The notes under the pieces: generated by a model
Database searches by the model: none
The model's input: only the letters and a program-made list of their open reading frames with translations
Told to the model about the DNA's origin: nothing
Part shown: positions 37,609 through 46,261 of the stretch, one piece after another
How positions within the stretch are numbered: position 1 is the stretch's first letter
Layout: each line of letters starts with the position of its first letter
From: a virus
Direction: 5' to 3' (one strand)
Length of the DNA: 64,000 bases
IMG/VR virus record: IMGVR_UViG_3300022699_000217
Coordinates: 20,697-84,696 of that record
Program-made: the position numbers and the translations under genes

Positions 37609-37964
37609 GCAAGGTGACAATCGGCATTATGGATCGCTCCATGGACCCACCCAAGTGGAAGGGCACCGTCACGATGGACGCTCCGCTTGACGAGCTGAAG
37701 CGCGGCGACAAGTTTGCGCGGGGGGCGTTCAAGGCAGCCGTCGAAGCCAAGATGAGTGAGATGGGGCTGTTCATCGAATCGCTGAACACCGTCCACTCGA
37801 TGCCGGAAGGGATTCCACGATGCGACTACGTGGCGACCGTGCTCCCGAAGGAGGTGTCGCGGGCATTCGCAGCCAAGAAAACTCGGACGCGCCCTGTCAT
37901 CCGTGGTGGCAAGACCATTCAACGAGGGCACGACGTGGGCGTGCCGACGAGGAAGCCGGAATGA
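37605..37964 (+). CDS. hypothetical protein
   Basis: SD CAGGAG; ATGA coupling. Confidence 0.65.
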   Translation: MSKVTIGIMDRSMDPPKWKGTVTMDAPLDELKRGDKFARGAFKAAVEAKMSEMGLFIESLNTVHSMPEGIPRCDYVATVLPKEVSRAFAAKKTRTRPVIRGGKTIQRGHDVGVPTRKPE

Positions 37965-38389
37965 GCGACAAGGGGAAAAGCATTAGCACGTATCAAACGC
38001 TTCTGTCCGACCCGGACGCGCCGTACCCAATTGAGTGTGACATGCCGATTGGGTACAGCCTGATTGGGCGGGCGCCGTACCCGGATATAACGGTTATGGA
38101 CAGCAAGATCGTTCACGTCCGACAGCTAAAATACCAAGTCCTGCTACTTGAGGCGGCGGACGAGGACCAAACCAGGGTGGAGCACGTTCGCATCGGGCGG
38201 CTGGTTGCCGAGCTGGAAGGCGACGCGGGCGACGTGGAGATTCAACGGTTCCTTTTGCCAACCGATGACGATCCAGCGCCAGTTAACCTATCCCGATGCG
38301 CGGCGTGCCTCATGCAAATCCCGGAGGGCGAGGCCGTCGTCGTCGATGGCGAAGCATTCCACAGGCATTGCTACATCGTAGAGGAGTGA
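37961..38389 (+). CDS. hypothetical protein with C-terminal LIM-like zinc finger
   Basis: CAACLMQIPEGEAVVVDGEAFHRHC. Confidence 0.6.
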   Translation: MSDKGKSISTYQTLLSDPDAPYPIECDMPIGYSLIGRAPYPDITVMDSKIVHVRQLKYQVLLLEAADEDQTRVEHVRIGRLVAELEGDAGDVEIQRFLLPTDDDPAPVNLSRCAACLMQIPEGEAVVVDGEAFHRHCYIVEE

Positions 38390-38391
38390 CC

Positions 38392-38625
38392 ATGGAAATC
38401 GCATTGAATCTTTTTTTCGGCGTCGTGCTGGTTGTCGTTTGCATCGCCTTCTTGATGTTGACGATAGCCATGGCGGTAACGAGCGTGCACGACTATAAGA
38501 TGGCGCTGGATGAACGGAAGCCCGGCATCGTCTTTCAAGCTGCCGTGATGGTTCTGACCATGCTGATGGCCACGGTAGTGAGCGGCGGCGCGGCCATCTC
38601 GCAGTTTATGGGGGTGTTTCAATGA
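38392..38625 (+). CDS. small two-TM membrane protein
   Basis: Two long hydrophobic stretches; SD GAGGAG. Confidence 0.65.
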   Translation: MEIALNLFFGVVLVVVCIAFLMLTIAMAVTSVHDYKMALDERKPGIVFQAAVMVLTMLMATVVSGGAAISQFMGVFQ

Positions 38626-38987
38626 CGACCAAGGCGGAAATCATCGCCGCAATTGAGGCCGCCGCAGATGCCTACCTGGCGGGAACGCCATCCAGCGATG
38701 AAGATGAGATCCGGCGCAAGGTCGTGGCGACGGTGCTTGGCAGTGTCGGGAGCCGGATTGAGATCGCCGGGCAAGCGAGCGATAGCAACGCCGGGTTGAG
38801 CCCCGAGCCAACGGTCTTTGCAACCCTGATCGAAGGGTTCGCGGATTGGCTTGTGGGTGCTGGTGTGGGGAATATCGCTGCTATGCGAGCAAAGGTGAAC
38901 GAGCTCATCGCCTCGCACAACCAGCTCATCGCCGACTACAACGCGGGAACCGTGCCCACGACGGCATCGACGGTCACGCTGTTATGA
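38622..38987 (+). CDS. hypothetical protein (C-terminus resembles spike-tip helices)
   Basis: ATGA coupling; AKVNELIASHNQLIADYN. Confidence 0.6.
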   Translation: MTTKAEIIAAIEAAADAYLAGTPSSDEDEIRRKVVATVLGSVGSRIEIAGQASDSNAGLSPEPTVFATLIEGFADWLVGAGVGNIAAMRAKVNELIASHNQLIADYNAGTVPTTASTVTLL

Positions 38988-39298
38988 TCGCCAAAACCAA
39001 GCGCATCAAGGACCGTGCCTTTCTCTCCTTCGCCAAGCAGCAAGGCGGCTTATGCTGCATCTGCCTGCGGTTGCACGGCGTATCGAGGCCAGCCGAGGAA
39101 TTGCATCATTGGGGCGAGAAGGGGATGGGCCAAAAATGCCACGACTACGAGGTGGCTCGCCTTTGTCGGGCTTGCCACCGGGAACAGCAAGGGAAAAAAC
39201 GGATGGCGTACATCCGGAGGGACGAGTTTGAAATCCTAGAAGCGATGACCAGAGACGCTTTGGATTTGATGATCTGCTACGTGCAAGAAGGGAGGTAA
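38984..39298 (+). CDS. DUF968/NinG-like HNH-type zinc nuclease-like protein
   Basis: FLSFAKQQGGLCCIC...ELHHWGEKGMGQKCHDYEVARLCRACHREQ. Confidence 0.7.
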   Translation: MIAKTKRIKDRAFLSFAKQQGGLCCICLRLHGVSRPAEELHHWGEKGMGQKCHDYEVARLCRACHREQQGKKRMAYIRRDEFEILEAMTRDALDLMICYVQEGR

Positions 39299-39300
39299 GG

Positions 39301-39915
39301 ATGCGAGCGTGCCTGTTTGCGATCATCGCAACGATGCTGGGGTGCAGCGTGCAACCGACGCCGTGGCCGCAAACGACGGCCACAGACGATGACGACATGG
39401 AGCTGTGGGCCGATGGCGGCGCAGCTTTTATCGACAGCCAATCGACAGAAGGAAACAAGGAAACAGCGGGCGACACAGAGGAGGAAGAAAGCGAGTGGGT
39501 TGAACATGACTCTGAAAACGACAGCCAATCGACAGCTATACAGCAACCTATCGACAGCGAAACAGAAGGAAGCGATGAGACAGACACAGGCGTGGAGCAG
39601 GATACAGAATTTGAATGCTTAGACGATCTGGAATGCAATACAAGATCGCTGGGTATGATTTGCTGCGACAATAGGTGCATCAACCCACTTGGGAACCCGG
39701 AGCACTGTGGTTCGTGTAAAAATGCTTGCATCGCTGAAGATGATTGCGTCATGGGTTTGTGCAGAGACGGGTTGGATGATGGGGACGATACCGCATCGAC
39801 GGACACAGATACGTGCGAACCGTGCGAGCAGTATGACCCACCGAACGGCATCGACGATGATTGTGACGGGTGGATCGACGAGAACGAAAATGATCCGAGC
39901 TGCGAGGAGGAATAA
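39301..39915 (+). CDS. Cys-rich acidic lipoprotein of myxobacterial type
   Basis: Lipoprotein-like signal MRACLFAIIATMLG-C; Asp/Glu-rich linker; NPEHCGSCKNAC and NGIDDDCDGWIDE motifs. Confidence 0.75.
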   Translation: MRACLFAIIATMLGCSVQPTPWPQTTATDDDDMELWADGGAAFIDSQSTEGNKETAGDTEEEESEWVEHDSENDSQSTAIQQPIDSETEGSDETDTGVEQDTEFECLDDLECNTRSLGMICCDNRCINPLGNPEHCGSCKNACIAEDDCVMGLCRDGLDDGDDTASTDTDTCEPCEQYDPPNGIDDDCDGWIDENENDPSCEEE

Positions 39916-40499
39916 TGCGATGCGTGGTTGTTGAATCGCCATTTGCTGGCAACGTGGATCAAAATACTGACTACGCCAAGCGATGCGTGCTGGACTGCAT
40001 AAGGCGTGGCGAAGCCCCGTTCGCGTCGCACCTACTTTACACTCAAGACGGGGTCCTACGTGACACCGTCGCGTTAGAACGACACAAGGGGATCGAGGTT
40101 GGCATGGCGATTGCCGAGCGAATGGACGCGACGGTGGTTTATACCGATCTAGGAATAAGCACCGGGATGATGTGTGGGATCGGCAACGCGCAGAGACTCG
40201 GGCGGCCGGTGGAATACCGGCGTCTTGATAATGGCATCGTAAGGAGGAAACAGCCCTGTTCATTGGAGGAGCTCGAGTTATGGATGGTTGATCAAGACGT
40301 CGACATCACGCAACGAGAGTGGCTGCTTAAATGGGCGGTGCGCAGAGCGCGCAACGTGTTTGGGTTTCTAGCCGATACCATTTGCGAGATCGCCTCTTTG
40401 AATCATGTCGATGGGGACACGTTGAGTTCAGCGACGTTTTTAGCGAAGCAAGCAATGAAAACAAGCGCAATTGAAGGAGATGAAGATGCAAATAACTGA
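39915..40499 (+). CDS. conserved phage protein (DUF4406/nucleoside-deoxyribosyltransferase-like fold candidate)
   Basis: VVVESPFAG...YAKRCVLDCIRRGEAPFASHLLYTQ...VVYTDLGISTGM. Confidence 0.55.
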   Translation: MRCVVVESPFAGNVDQNTDYAKRCVLDCIRRGEAPFASHLLYTQDGVLRDTVALERHKGIEVGMAIAERMDATVVYTDLGISTGMMCGIGNAQRLGRPVEYRRLDNGIVRRKQPCSLEELELWMVDQDVDITQREWLLKWAVRRARNVFGFLADTICEIASLNHVDGDTLSSATFLAKQAMKTSAIEGDEDANN

Positions 40500-40806
40500 A
40501 GTTCTTTTGACGCCTCAGGTATTGATGCTCGCCGCAGCCATCATCGCCATCGTTTGGAGCGTTGGCATGATCAAGATTGGCGAAACGCAGATCAAGAAAC
40601 ACTGGCTTTGGCGAAACATCGTCCCCATCGTACCGCTCGTGCTCGGTGTGGCGGGCGCCTTTATGCCGGAGGTCATCTGTGATGGGTGCGCCTGGGGCAC
40701 GAAGGTCGTCGCTGGGTTGTGGGCGGGCTTCATCGCCGCCCATGGGTACAAGGTGTTCAAGCGCATCGTGGTTGACAAGCTCCGCGAGCAGGCGGGGGGC
40801 GAATGA
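40486..40806 (+). CDS. holin candidate (3 TM)
   Basis: Three hydrophobic segments and a basic C-terminus (YKVFKRIVVDKLR); directly before spanin-like genes. Confidence 0.6.
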   Translation: MQITEVLLTPQVLMLAAAIIAIVWSVGMIKIGETQIKKHWLWRNIVPIVPLVLGVAGAFMPEVICDGCAWGTKVVAGLWAGFIAAHGYKVFKRIVVDKLREQAGGE

Positions 40807-41180
40807 CTTGGCGCTACGAGCAGGAGCCGTGGTGGAAGCGGTGGCCGGTGATTGTCTGGCTGTGCGTGTCGTTGGGGATCATGCTCATCGCTCGTGCGAT
40901 AACTGGATTGTTTAAAGCACCTCGTAAAGCCGAGCCAGGAGCTGCGTCAAGCGCAGCGGACGCCGCCCTTGCACACTACACACAAAGCAAGCAGGACGCC
41001 CGCCAGGAGCTGTCACAGCTCGGTCAGGATATGGATCGTGCGGACGCTGCCGCAGAGCAGGCAAGAACAGCGGCTCGCAAAGCTGCCCAAACAAGGGAGG
41101 AACAACATGCCGCGATTGACGCCGCTACTGACGGCGATGCTGTTGATGCTGTGCTCTACGGCCATCGCACAGACGACTGA
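40803..41180 (+). CDS. i-spanin (Rz-like) candidate
   Basis: N-terminal TM helix followed by an Ala/Gln-rich coiled coil. Confidence 0.55.
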   Translation: MTWRYEQEPWWKRWPVIVWLCVSLGIMLIARAITGLFKAPRKAEPGAASSAADAALAHYTQSKQDARQELSQLGQDMDRADAAAEQARTAARKAAQTREEQHAAIDAATDGDAVDAVLYGHRTDD

Positions 41181-41565
41181 GCCGTCCCGCCCCACGGAGC
41201 AACGAGCGTTCCCGGAGGCCGCTCGAATCATCATGGATGGCACGGAATATCGGTGCTACGAGGCCAACGGTGACGAGTGGAAGCAGGTAGCGCACATCGT
41301 TGTGGATTACCGAGCGTTCTTCGCGTGGGCGACATGGGCCGATGCCGAAATGGCGAAGTTGGCAATTCTGCATGAGAAAAATCTGGTCCTCGAGCGCTTC
41401 TCTAGGGACACCGAGCTGGCCCTAAAAATTACAACCGATGCGTACCACCAAGAACAGGAGCTGCGGCAGGCCGCCGAGCGGCAAAGGCGGCTGGTCCAGA
41501 TTGTTTTTGGGAGCTGCATCGCCATCGAAGCTGCCGCAATCGTGTGGTTGGCACTAAGGAGGTGA
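41107..41565 (+). CDS. secreted/membrane protein overlapping the i-spanin candidate (o-spanin position)
   Basis: Signal peptide MPRLTPLLTAMLLMLCSTAIA, coiled coil and C-terminal TM; overlaps the upstream gene by 74 nt. Confidence 0.5.
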   Translation: MPRLTPLLTAMLLMLCSTAIAQTTEPSRPTEQRAFPEAARIIMDGTEYRCYEANGDEWKQVAHIVVDYRAFFAWATWADAEMAKLAILHEKNLVLERFSRDTELALKITTDAYHQEQELRQAAERQRRLVQIVFGSCIAIEAAAIVWLALRR

Positions 41566-41566
41566 G

Positions 41567-42082
41567 ATGAACGGTGATTTCCAAGAGGTGGAGCGCCTGC
41601 TTCACACTAGCCAGATAATGTGCAAAACAGTCAAACTGACAATCAGCGGAAAGGACATCTACTTCAAGATCGGCTACGCGAAAGACCGCCCGGTTTACAT
41701 CGATATAACGTTCGGCAGAGACGCCGAGTACATCAGGAAGCACGAGGTAAGATGCTCCAAGTGCAAGAACGAGTATCTAAACGCTGAGGCGAACGATCTG
41801 GCGACCCAGCTCGTGACGAGTGCTCGTGCACACCTGGAAGTGACCGGCCGGATGGCCACGGCGATGCTCCAGTCCGGCGTTTGGGGACTGGATGACATCA
41901 TTGGGATGTGGCGTGCAACCAACTTCGAGCCCGCCGGGCTGTGCCTGCAACTCCCGGCTTTCGACCTGACCAGCGGCGAGGAGATCGAGGGCAGCGCTTC
42001 GATTGTCAACTCCCCGCTGGACGCGTTCGCGCGGTACGCCGAGCGGCGGCGCAGGGATTGGGAAAAGGAGCTGTGCGAATGA
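41567..42082 (+). CDS. stand-alone TSCPD/NrdJ C-terminal-like domain protein
   Basis: TVKLTISGKDIYFKIGY..DRPVYIDITFG...GRMATAMLQSG...IIGMWRATNFEPAG...SPLDAFARY. Confidence 0.6.
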   Translation: MNGDFQEVERLLHTSQIMCKTVKLTISGKDIYFKIGYAKDRPVYIDITFGRDAEYIRKHEVRCSKCKNEYLNAEANDLATQLVTSARAHLEVTGRMATAMLQSGVWGLDDIIGMWRATNFEPAGLCLQLPAFDLTSGEEIEGSASIVNSPLDAFARYAERRRRDWEKELCE

Positions 42083-42276
42083 GCTTTATTGATCCGGAGG
42101 AGGTCGAGGAAAAGCTTGCCGAGTGCCTGGAAGCCATGGATGACGATGACGATCTTTTCACCTCGTGGGAGGTATCGTTCCTCGAGAGCCTGGAGCTCTA
42201 CATCGAGGAGCACGCCATCACGGCCAAGCAATGGGGCACTCTTAAACGAATCTACGAGGCCAAGGTCAATGTTTGA
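42079..42276 (+). CDS. small acidic protein
   Basis: ATGA coupling; FTSWEVSFLESL...TAKQWGTLKRIYE. Confidence 0.6.
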   Translation: MSFIDPEEVEEKLAECLEAMDDDDDLFTSWEVSFLESLELYIEEHAITAKQWGTLKRIYEAKVNV

Positions 42277-42688
42277 GATCACACCGAAAGATGTGTTGCG
42301 CATCCTGCAAGACACGGAGGCCGCGTTCGACATCTCGAATTGCCACGATGCCGTCTTCGCCTGCGAGGATATGCCGGTGTTCCGCATCCACGATGGGGTC
42401 GTGCACCAGGCGTGCACCCGATCCATCCACGGCGTTCACCGACGGTATCGCCACGCGGCGAATGCACTCGAGACCATGGTCGGCAAAGTCGAGCAGGGTA
42501 AATGCCCCGACTGTGACGGGACCGGTTGGCTGCCGGCCGATAGCCCGGGGGCGGCGCGGAACCGCATTCTCTCCATCGTTTGCGGCGTGTTCCGTGGAAT
42601 CAAGCTACCAGTAGACCAGGAGCGTTTGACAGGGGATGATCTTGTGGCTACATTAGGAGGGCAGTTTGGACGCTCTTTTCCCCTTTGA
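42269..42688 (+). CDS. hypothetical protein with CPDCDGTG (DnaJ-type zinc) motif
   Basis: ATG at 42269 overlapping the previous gene. Confidence 0.55.
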   Translation: MFEITPKDVLRILQDTEAAFDISNCHDAVFACEDMPVFRIHDGVVHQACTRSIHGVHRRYRHAANALETMVGKVEQGKCPDCDGTGWLPADSPGAARNRILSIVCGVFRGIKLPVDQERLTGDDLVATLGGQFGRSFPL

Positions 42689-42792
42689 GCGCTCGTTCCT
42701 TTTCCACGGCTCGGTTGGTATGGTCACGCCAACCGGGCCATTTTTTTGCAAGCACTAACAAAGATGACCCGCTACGGCGGGGAGGAGGAGCG

Positions 42793-43203
42793 ATGCAGCC
42801 TAAGAATGTGAAGATCTTTTGTCAACAAGAACAGCGAGTCATCGCCACGATGCCGCTTCCGCAGGCCGGGCGGCTCATCGATGCCAACTGGGTCTGGCGC
42901 GAGTACCGTCCGGCCGCGCAAGACTACGCCCTACCGATGAGGCGAACCAAAGATCGGGAGTACCTGCTTTGCCCGAAATGCTGCGGCAAAGTCGAGCTGG
43001 TTTCTGATGAGATCGAGCAGGTCAGCACGGAGAGCACGGAGCGCAATCTCCCCAAAGCGCCCAGCGTCTCGCGTGATGCGGTCCGGGCGAAAGTTATTTC
43101 GGATCTAAGCGGAAGCTTCCACGAGCGTGTTGACTCGAAAGCGTACAAGCCCGAGGGGCGACCCTTTGTGCTGGGCGCGGTGCGCGTTAGGGGGGGGCGA
43201 TGA
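42793..43203 (+). CDS. hypothetical protein
   Basis: ATG after GGAGGAGGAG; CPKC motif. Confidence 0.6.
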   Translation: MQPKNVKIFCQQEQRVIATMPLPQAGRLIDANWVWREYRPAAQDYALPMRRTKDREYLLCPKCCGKVELVSDEIEQVSTESTERNLPKAPSVSRDAVRAKVISDLSGSFHERVDSKAYKPEGRPFVLGAVRVRGGR

Positions 43204-43406
43204 AACCAACCGACCATCACCTAGTGACCCCTGCCCCGTGTTCACGGTGCGGACAGATGTGCGGCCTCCAGCAAAGCCGCGACGATCTCAGCGAGCCGTT
43301 CATGTTCACCGTTTTCTGTCCAGAGTGCGCTACCGAGGGACCGGCTCGGCGGGAAATCGCGGACGCGGTGTGCGCCTGGAACGAGGTGCAACATGCCGCC
43401 CGTTGA
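43200..43406 (+). CDS. Lar-family restriction alleviation-like protein
   Basis: PCSRCG...VFCPECATEGP....ADAVCAWN Lar pattern. Confidence 0.7.
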   Translation: MKPTDHHLVTPAPCSRCGQMCGLQQSRDDLSEPFMFTVFCPECATEGPARREIADAVCAWNEVQHAAR

Positions 43407-44331
43407 TGCCGCCCAGCGGTTGCTCATGTGGTACGGCCGCAATTATGATCGCAGGAAGCTACCATGGCGAGTCCATGGTGAATCCGTGACCCGCATCGCA
43501 CTCGTGGAGGGCCTGCTCGCACAGACCAGGGCGGGTGCGGTCGCGGATCATTATTGGCACGTGTTCGCGGGCATCGAGTACCCGGAGGATTGGCTTGCGT
43601 TGAGCATCGATGAGCGGCTGAAACGTGTTTCGCCACTCGGGCTACCCAAGCTCAAGGAAGCGGCGGTGACGGGCATTGCCCTTGGCATCCAGCACAGCGG
43701 CGCTTCTCGGCTGGCTGCGGAGCTAACCAAAGCCAAGGGGATTGGTCCGTACACCTCGTCCATGGTCGCGCTGCTGCACGGAGAAGATGCCACCCCCGTG
43801 GATTGCAACATTGAGCGCGTCGCAACGCGGTTCCTCTGTGATGACGATGCCGATGCGACCGCTTGGTCCAGTGCCATCGTCAACGCAGCGAGGCGGGAGC
43901 AGTCAACGACCGGCCATCCACCAGCTTACGAAACTATCTGCGCCGTGATGGATGTTGGGGCGCGCATCTGTACACCGACCACCCGCGATTGTCACCGGTG
44001 CCCGCTACGGCATTCGTGCGAGACGTTTCGACTCTTGGGTGCTCAATGCATTTTGCCGTTTCCCGATGGAGAGGATTTCGCGGCCTACAAAACAGCGCGG
44101 ATTTCTGAAACACCTCTGATCGAAATCGGCATTAAGAGAACCGAGTCAAGCGACCCCAACATGGAGCGATACGCCGAGGAGATCGAGGGGATGCTTTCTG
44201 TTTACGAACGAACCGAGCCGTATAAGATCGCCCGCTTAGTGATTGGCTATTTAGCCTCGCAGCTTGCCGACGAGCGGCTCTGGTGCCGGGTTTCGCCGCC
44301 GGGCGCCACCGGCGTAACCGTTTGGCGATAG
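43393..44331 (+). CDS. MutY-like HhH-GPD DNA glycosylase with [4Fe-4S] motif
   Basis: LLMWY.RN..RKLPWR; VEGLLAQT; HhH KGIGPYTS; PVDCNIER; C-x6-C-x2-C-x5-C (CTPTTRDCHRCPLRHSC). Confidence 0.82.
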   Translation: MPPVDAAQRLLMWYGRNYDRRKLPWRVHGESVTRIALVEGLLAQTRAGAVADHYWHVFAGIEYPEDWLALSIDERLKRVSPLGLPKLKEAAVTGIALGIQHSGASRLAAELTKAKGIGPYTSSMVALLHGEDATPVDCNIERVATRFLCDDDADATAWSSAIVNAARREQSTTGHPPAYETICAVMDVGARICTPTTRDCHRCPLRHSCETFRLLGAQCILPFPDGEDFAAYKTARISETPLIEIGIKRTESSDPNMERYAEEIEGMLSVYERTEPYKIARLVIGYLASQLADERLWCRVSPPGATGVTVWR

Positions 44332-44380
44332 CGAGCGTGTTAGCGAAAACCGTGGCGCAAGCCTTGGCTAATTTATTATC

Positions 44381-44408
44381 TTGCAACCTGGGATGCGACC
44401 GGTATGAT
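44381..44408 (+). promoter_or_regulatory. sigma70-like promoter
   Basis: TTGCAA-N16-TATGAT with an AT-rich upstream tract. Confidence 0.5.
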
Positions 44409-44426
44409 CGCTGGCAGAGGTGGCAA

Positions 44427-45248
44427 ATGAAACAGGGTAATATTTTATCAGACCAGTGGCGCGAGTACAGCGCAGCGATCCCCGGCCTTAAGATCAAATT
44501 CAAGGACGAAAGCCTTTGGTGGCGCATGTCCCCGGAACCGATGCGGGCCGCGTCCACAACCCTCGGGAAAACCATTTTCCTGCCGTCAGAAAAATGGTTC
44601 GAGGCGTCGAGTGAGCGGGCCTTCGCGGTGCTTGCGCATGAGTTCCAACATGCCATGGACCGACAACGGTTCGGGTTCCTTGGTTTCTATCTGCGTTATA
44701 CGTTCCCTCAGATCATCGGGATAATCCCGCTCATCTGCGCCTGCGTGTCCATTGCGCTGCTTCCATGGCTCGCGACTGTCGGTTTGTTCATATTGACAGC
44801 CATTGCGATCATGCCGTGGCGATCATGCACCAGGACCGACATCGAGCGGCGCGGATACGCGATGACCTGTGCTGTGGATTTCCTGTTTCACGGAAAGATC
44901 CGCGAGCACACCAAAGAGTATGTCATTTCTGCGATGTCTGGGTGGTTCTACTACCGGATGGCGTCAGTGGGCGATGCGGTAAAATTGTTCCACGAGATCG
45001 AAGACAACGTCACGGGGCCACGGTGGCCACGTGGCCTCGCAGCGTTCGCGCCGACGGTCGGAGCGATGCTGGAATCTAACGCGGTCTGCGATGTCGCCAG
45101 AGCGGCGTTTCGCTGGCCCATAACTGAGAGTGCGGCAACGCCGCGCGATGGAGCGACAAACAATGAACAAAGTCTTAATTACAGGAAATCTCGGCAAGGA
45201 TCCGGAACTCCGCTACACCCAGAGCGGGACGGCCATGGTCAAGTTTAG
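44427..45248 (+). CDS. membrane-anchored zincin-like metallopeptidase (HEXXH)
   Basis: STTLGKTIFLP...VLAHEFQHAMDRQRFGFLGFYLRY, followed by two TM helices. Confidence 0.6.
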   Translation: MKQGNILSDQWREYSAAIPGLKIKFKDESLWWRMSPEPMRAASTTLGKTIFLPSEKWFEASSERAFAVLAHEFQHAMDRQRFGFLGFYLRYTFPQIIGIIPLICACVSIALLPWLATVGLFILTAIAIMPWRSCTRTDIERRGYAMTCAVDFLFHGKIREHTKEYVISAMSGWFYYRMASVGDAVKLFHEIEDNVTGPRWPRGLAAFAPTVGAMLESNAVCDVARAAFRWPITESAATPRDGATNNEQSLNYRKSRQGSGTPLHPERDGHGQV

Positions 45249-45612
45249 TGTGGCGGTTAACGAGAAATACAAGGACCAGGCGGGCGAGCTCCAAGACAAG
45301 ACGGAATGGTTCAACGTCACGGCATGGAGCGGCCTCGCGGAGACGTGCAACAAGTTCCTGAAAAAAGGCAGCAAGGTGCTCGTAGAAGGCAAGCTCCAGA
45401 CGCGGAGCTGGCAGGACGACGCCGGGCAAACCCGATACATGACGGAGGTCGTTGCGCGGGAGGTCGAGTTCCTGTCGCCGAAGGGCGAGAACAGCGGCGG
45501 CGGGAACTACGGCGGGCAGAAGCCGCCACGCCCGGCGCAGGCACGCCCGGCAGCGCCACCGCAGCAGCAGCCAGCGCCGGACTTCGGGGACGACGAAGAC
45601 ATTCCATTCTGA
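45163..45612 (+). CDS. ssb: single-stranded DNA-binding protein
   Basis: MNKVLITGNLGKDPELRYT...TEWFNV...KKGSKVLVEGKLQTRSW...DDEDIPF. Confidence 0.96.
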   Translation: MNKVLITGNLGKDPELRYTQSGTAMVKFSVAVNEKYKDQAGELQDKTEWFNVTAWSGLAETCNKFLKKGSKVLVEGKLQTRSWQDDAGQTRYMTEVVAREVEFLSPKGENSGGGNYGGQKPPRPAQARPAAPPQQQPAPDFGDDEDIPF

Positions 45613-45712
45613 TGATTTGACGGAATCGACATTTTTTGATTGAGTAAATTTAGCCCGAGTGCCACGTGACCGAACGGTGGTGCTCGGGCCTTTGCCGAAA
45701 AGGAACACCAAA

Positions 45713-46249
45713 ATGCAAGCGAACGAACGACCCTGTCCCGTGTGCGGCGAGCTGATCAAGACGGTCGCCCTCAAGTGCCGGTTCTGCGGTGAGGACATCG
45801 AAGCCTTCCTTCGCCGGAAGCAGCCCGTCGTTGAACGAGAGATCTTCAAGGCGAAACGCCCGGTGGTATCCGATGCGGGCCAGGCGGTGCTGCTCGTACT
45901 TGCCTTCCTGATCTGGATCATCCCAGGGCTGATTGTGCTGTTCATCTATTGGCTCATCGCGACCACAACCCAGTATGAGATCACAACGAAGAAAATCGTC
46001 GTGTCCAGCGGGGTGTTCTCGCGGAACGTCGAACAGATTGATCTTTTCCGCGTCGATGACATCGGCGTCCAGCGTCCGTTTCTCATGCGGTTGATGGGAT
46101 ACGGGTTCCTCACCATGCGATCATCTGATCGCTCTAGCACGCTCGTGAAGATCATAACTAAGAACCCCGAGCAGCTCGTTGAGAAGGTCCGCGAGGGCTG
46201 CTTCCAAGAGCGTGAACGGCTCGGCGTCAACACCTGGGCTCGCGCTTAA
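45713..46249 (+). CDS. zinc-ribbon + bacterial PH-domain membrane protein
   Basis: CPVCGELI...CRFCGE; TM segment; YEITTKKIVVSSGVFSRNVEQIDLFRVDDI.VQRPFLMRLMGYG.L (bPH_2 pattern). Confidence 0.8.
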   Translation: MQANERPCPVCGELIKTVALKCRFCGEDIEAFLRRKQPVVEREIFKAKRPVVSDAGQAVLLVLAFLIWIIPGLIVLFIYWLIATTTQYEITTKKIVVSSGVFSRNVEQIDLFRVDDIGVQRPFLMRLMGYGFLTMRSSDRSSTLVKIITKNPEQLVEKVREGCFQERERLGVNTWARA

Positions 46250-46261
46250 AAAGGAGACAAC

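Noticed and set aside
45613-45712. Known riboswitch upstream of the PH-domain gene
   Set aside because: The hairpin is real, but I could not match it to any riboswitch consensus; it needs an Rfam search.
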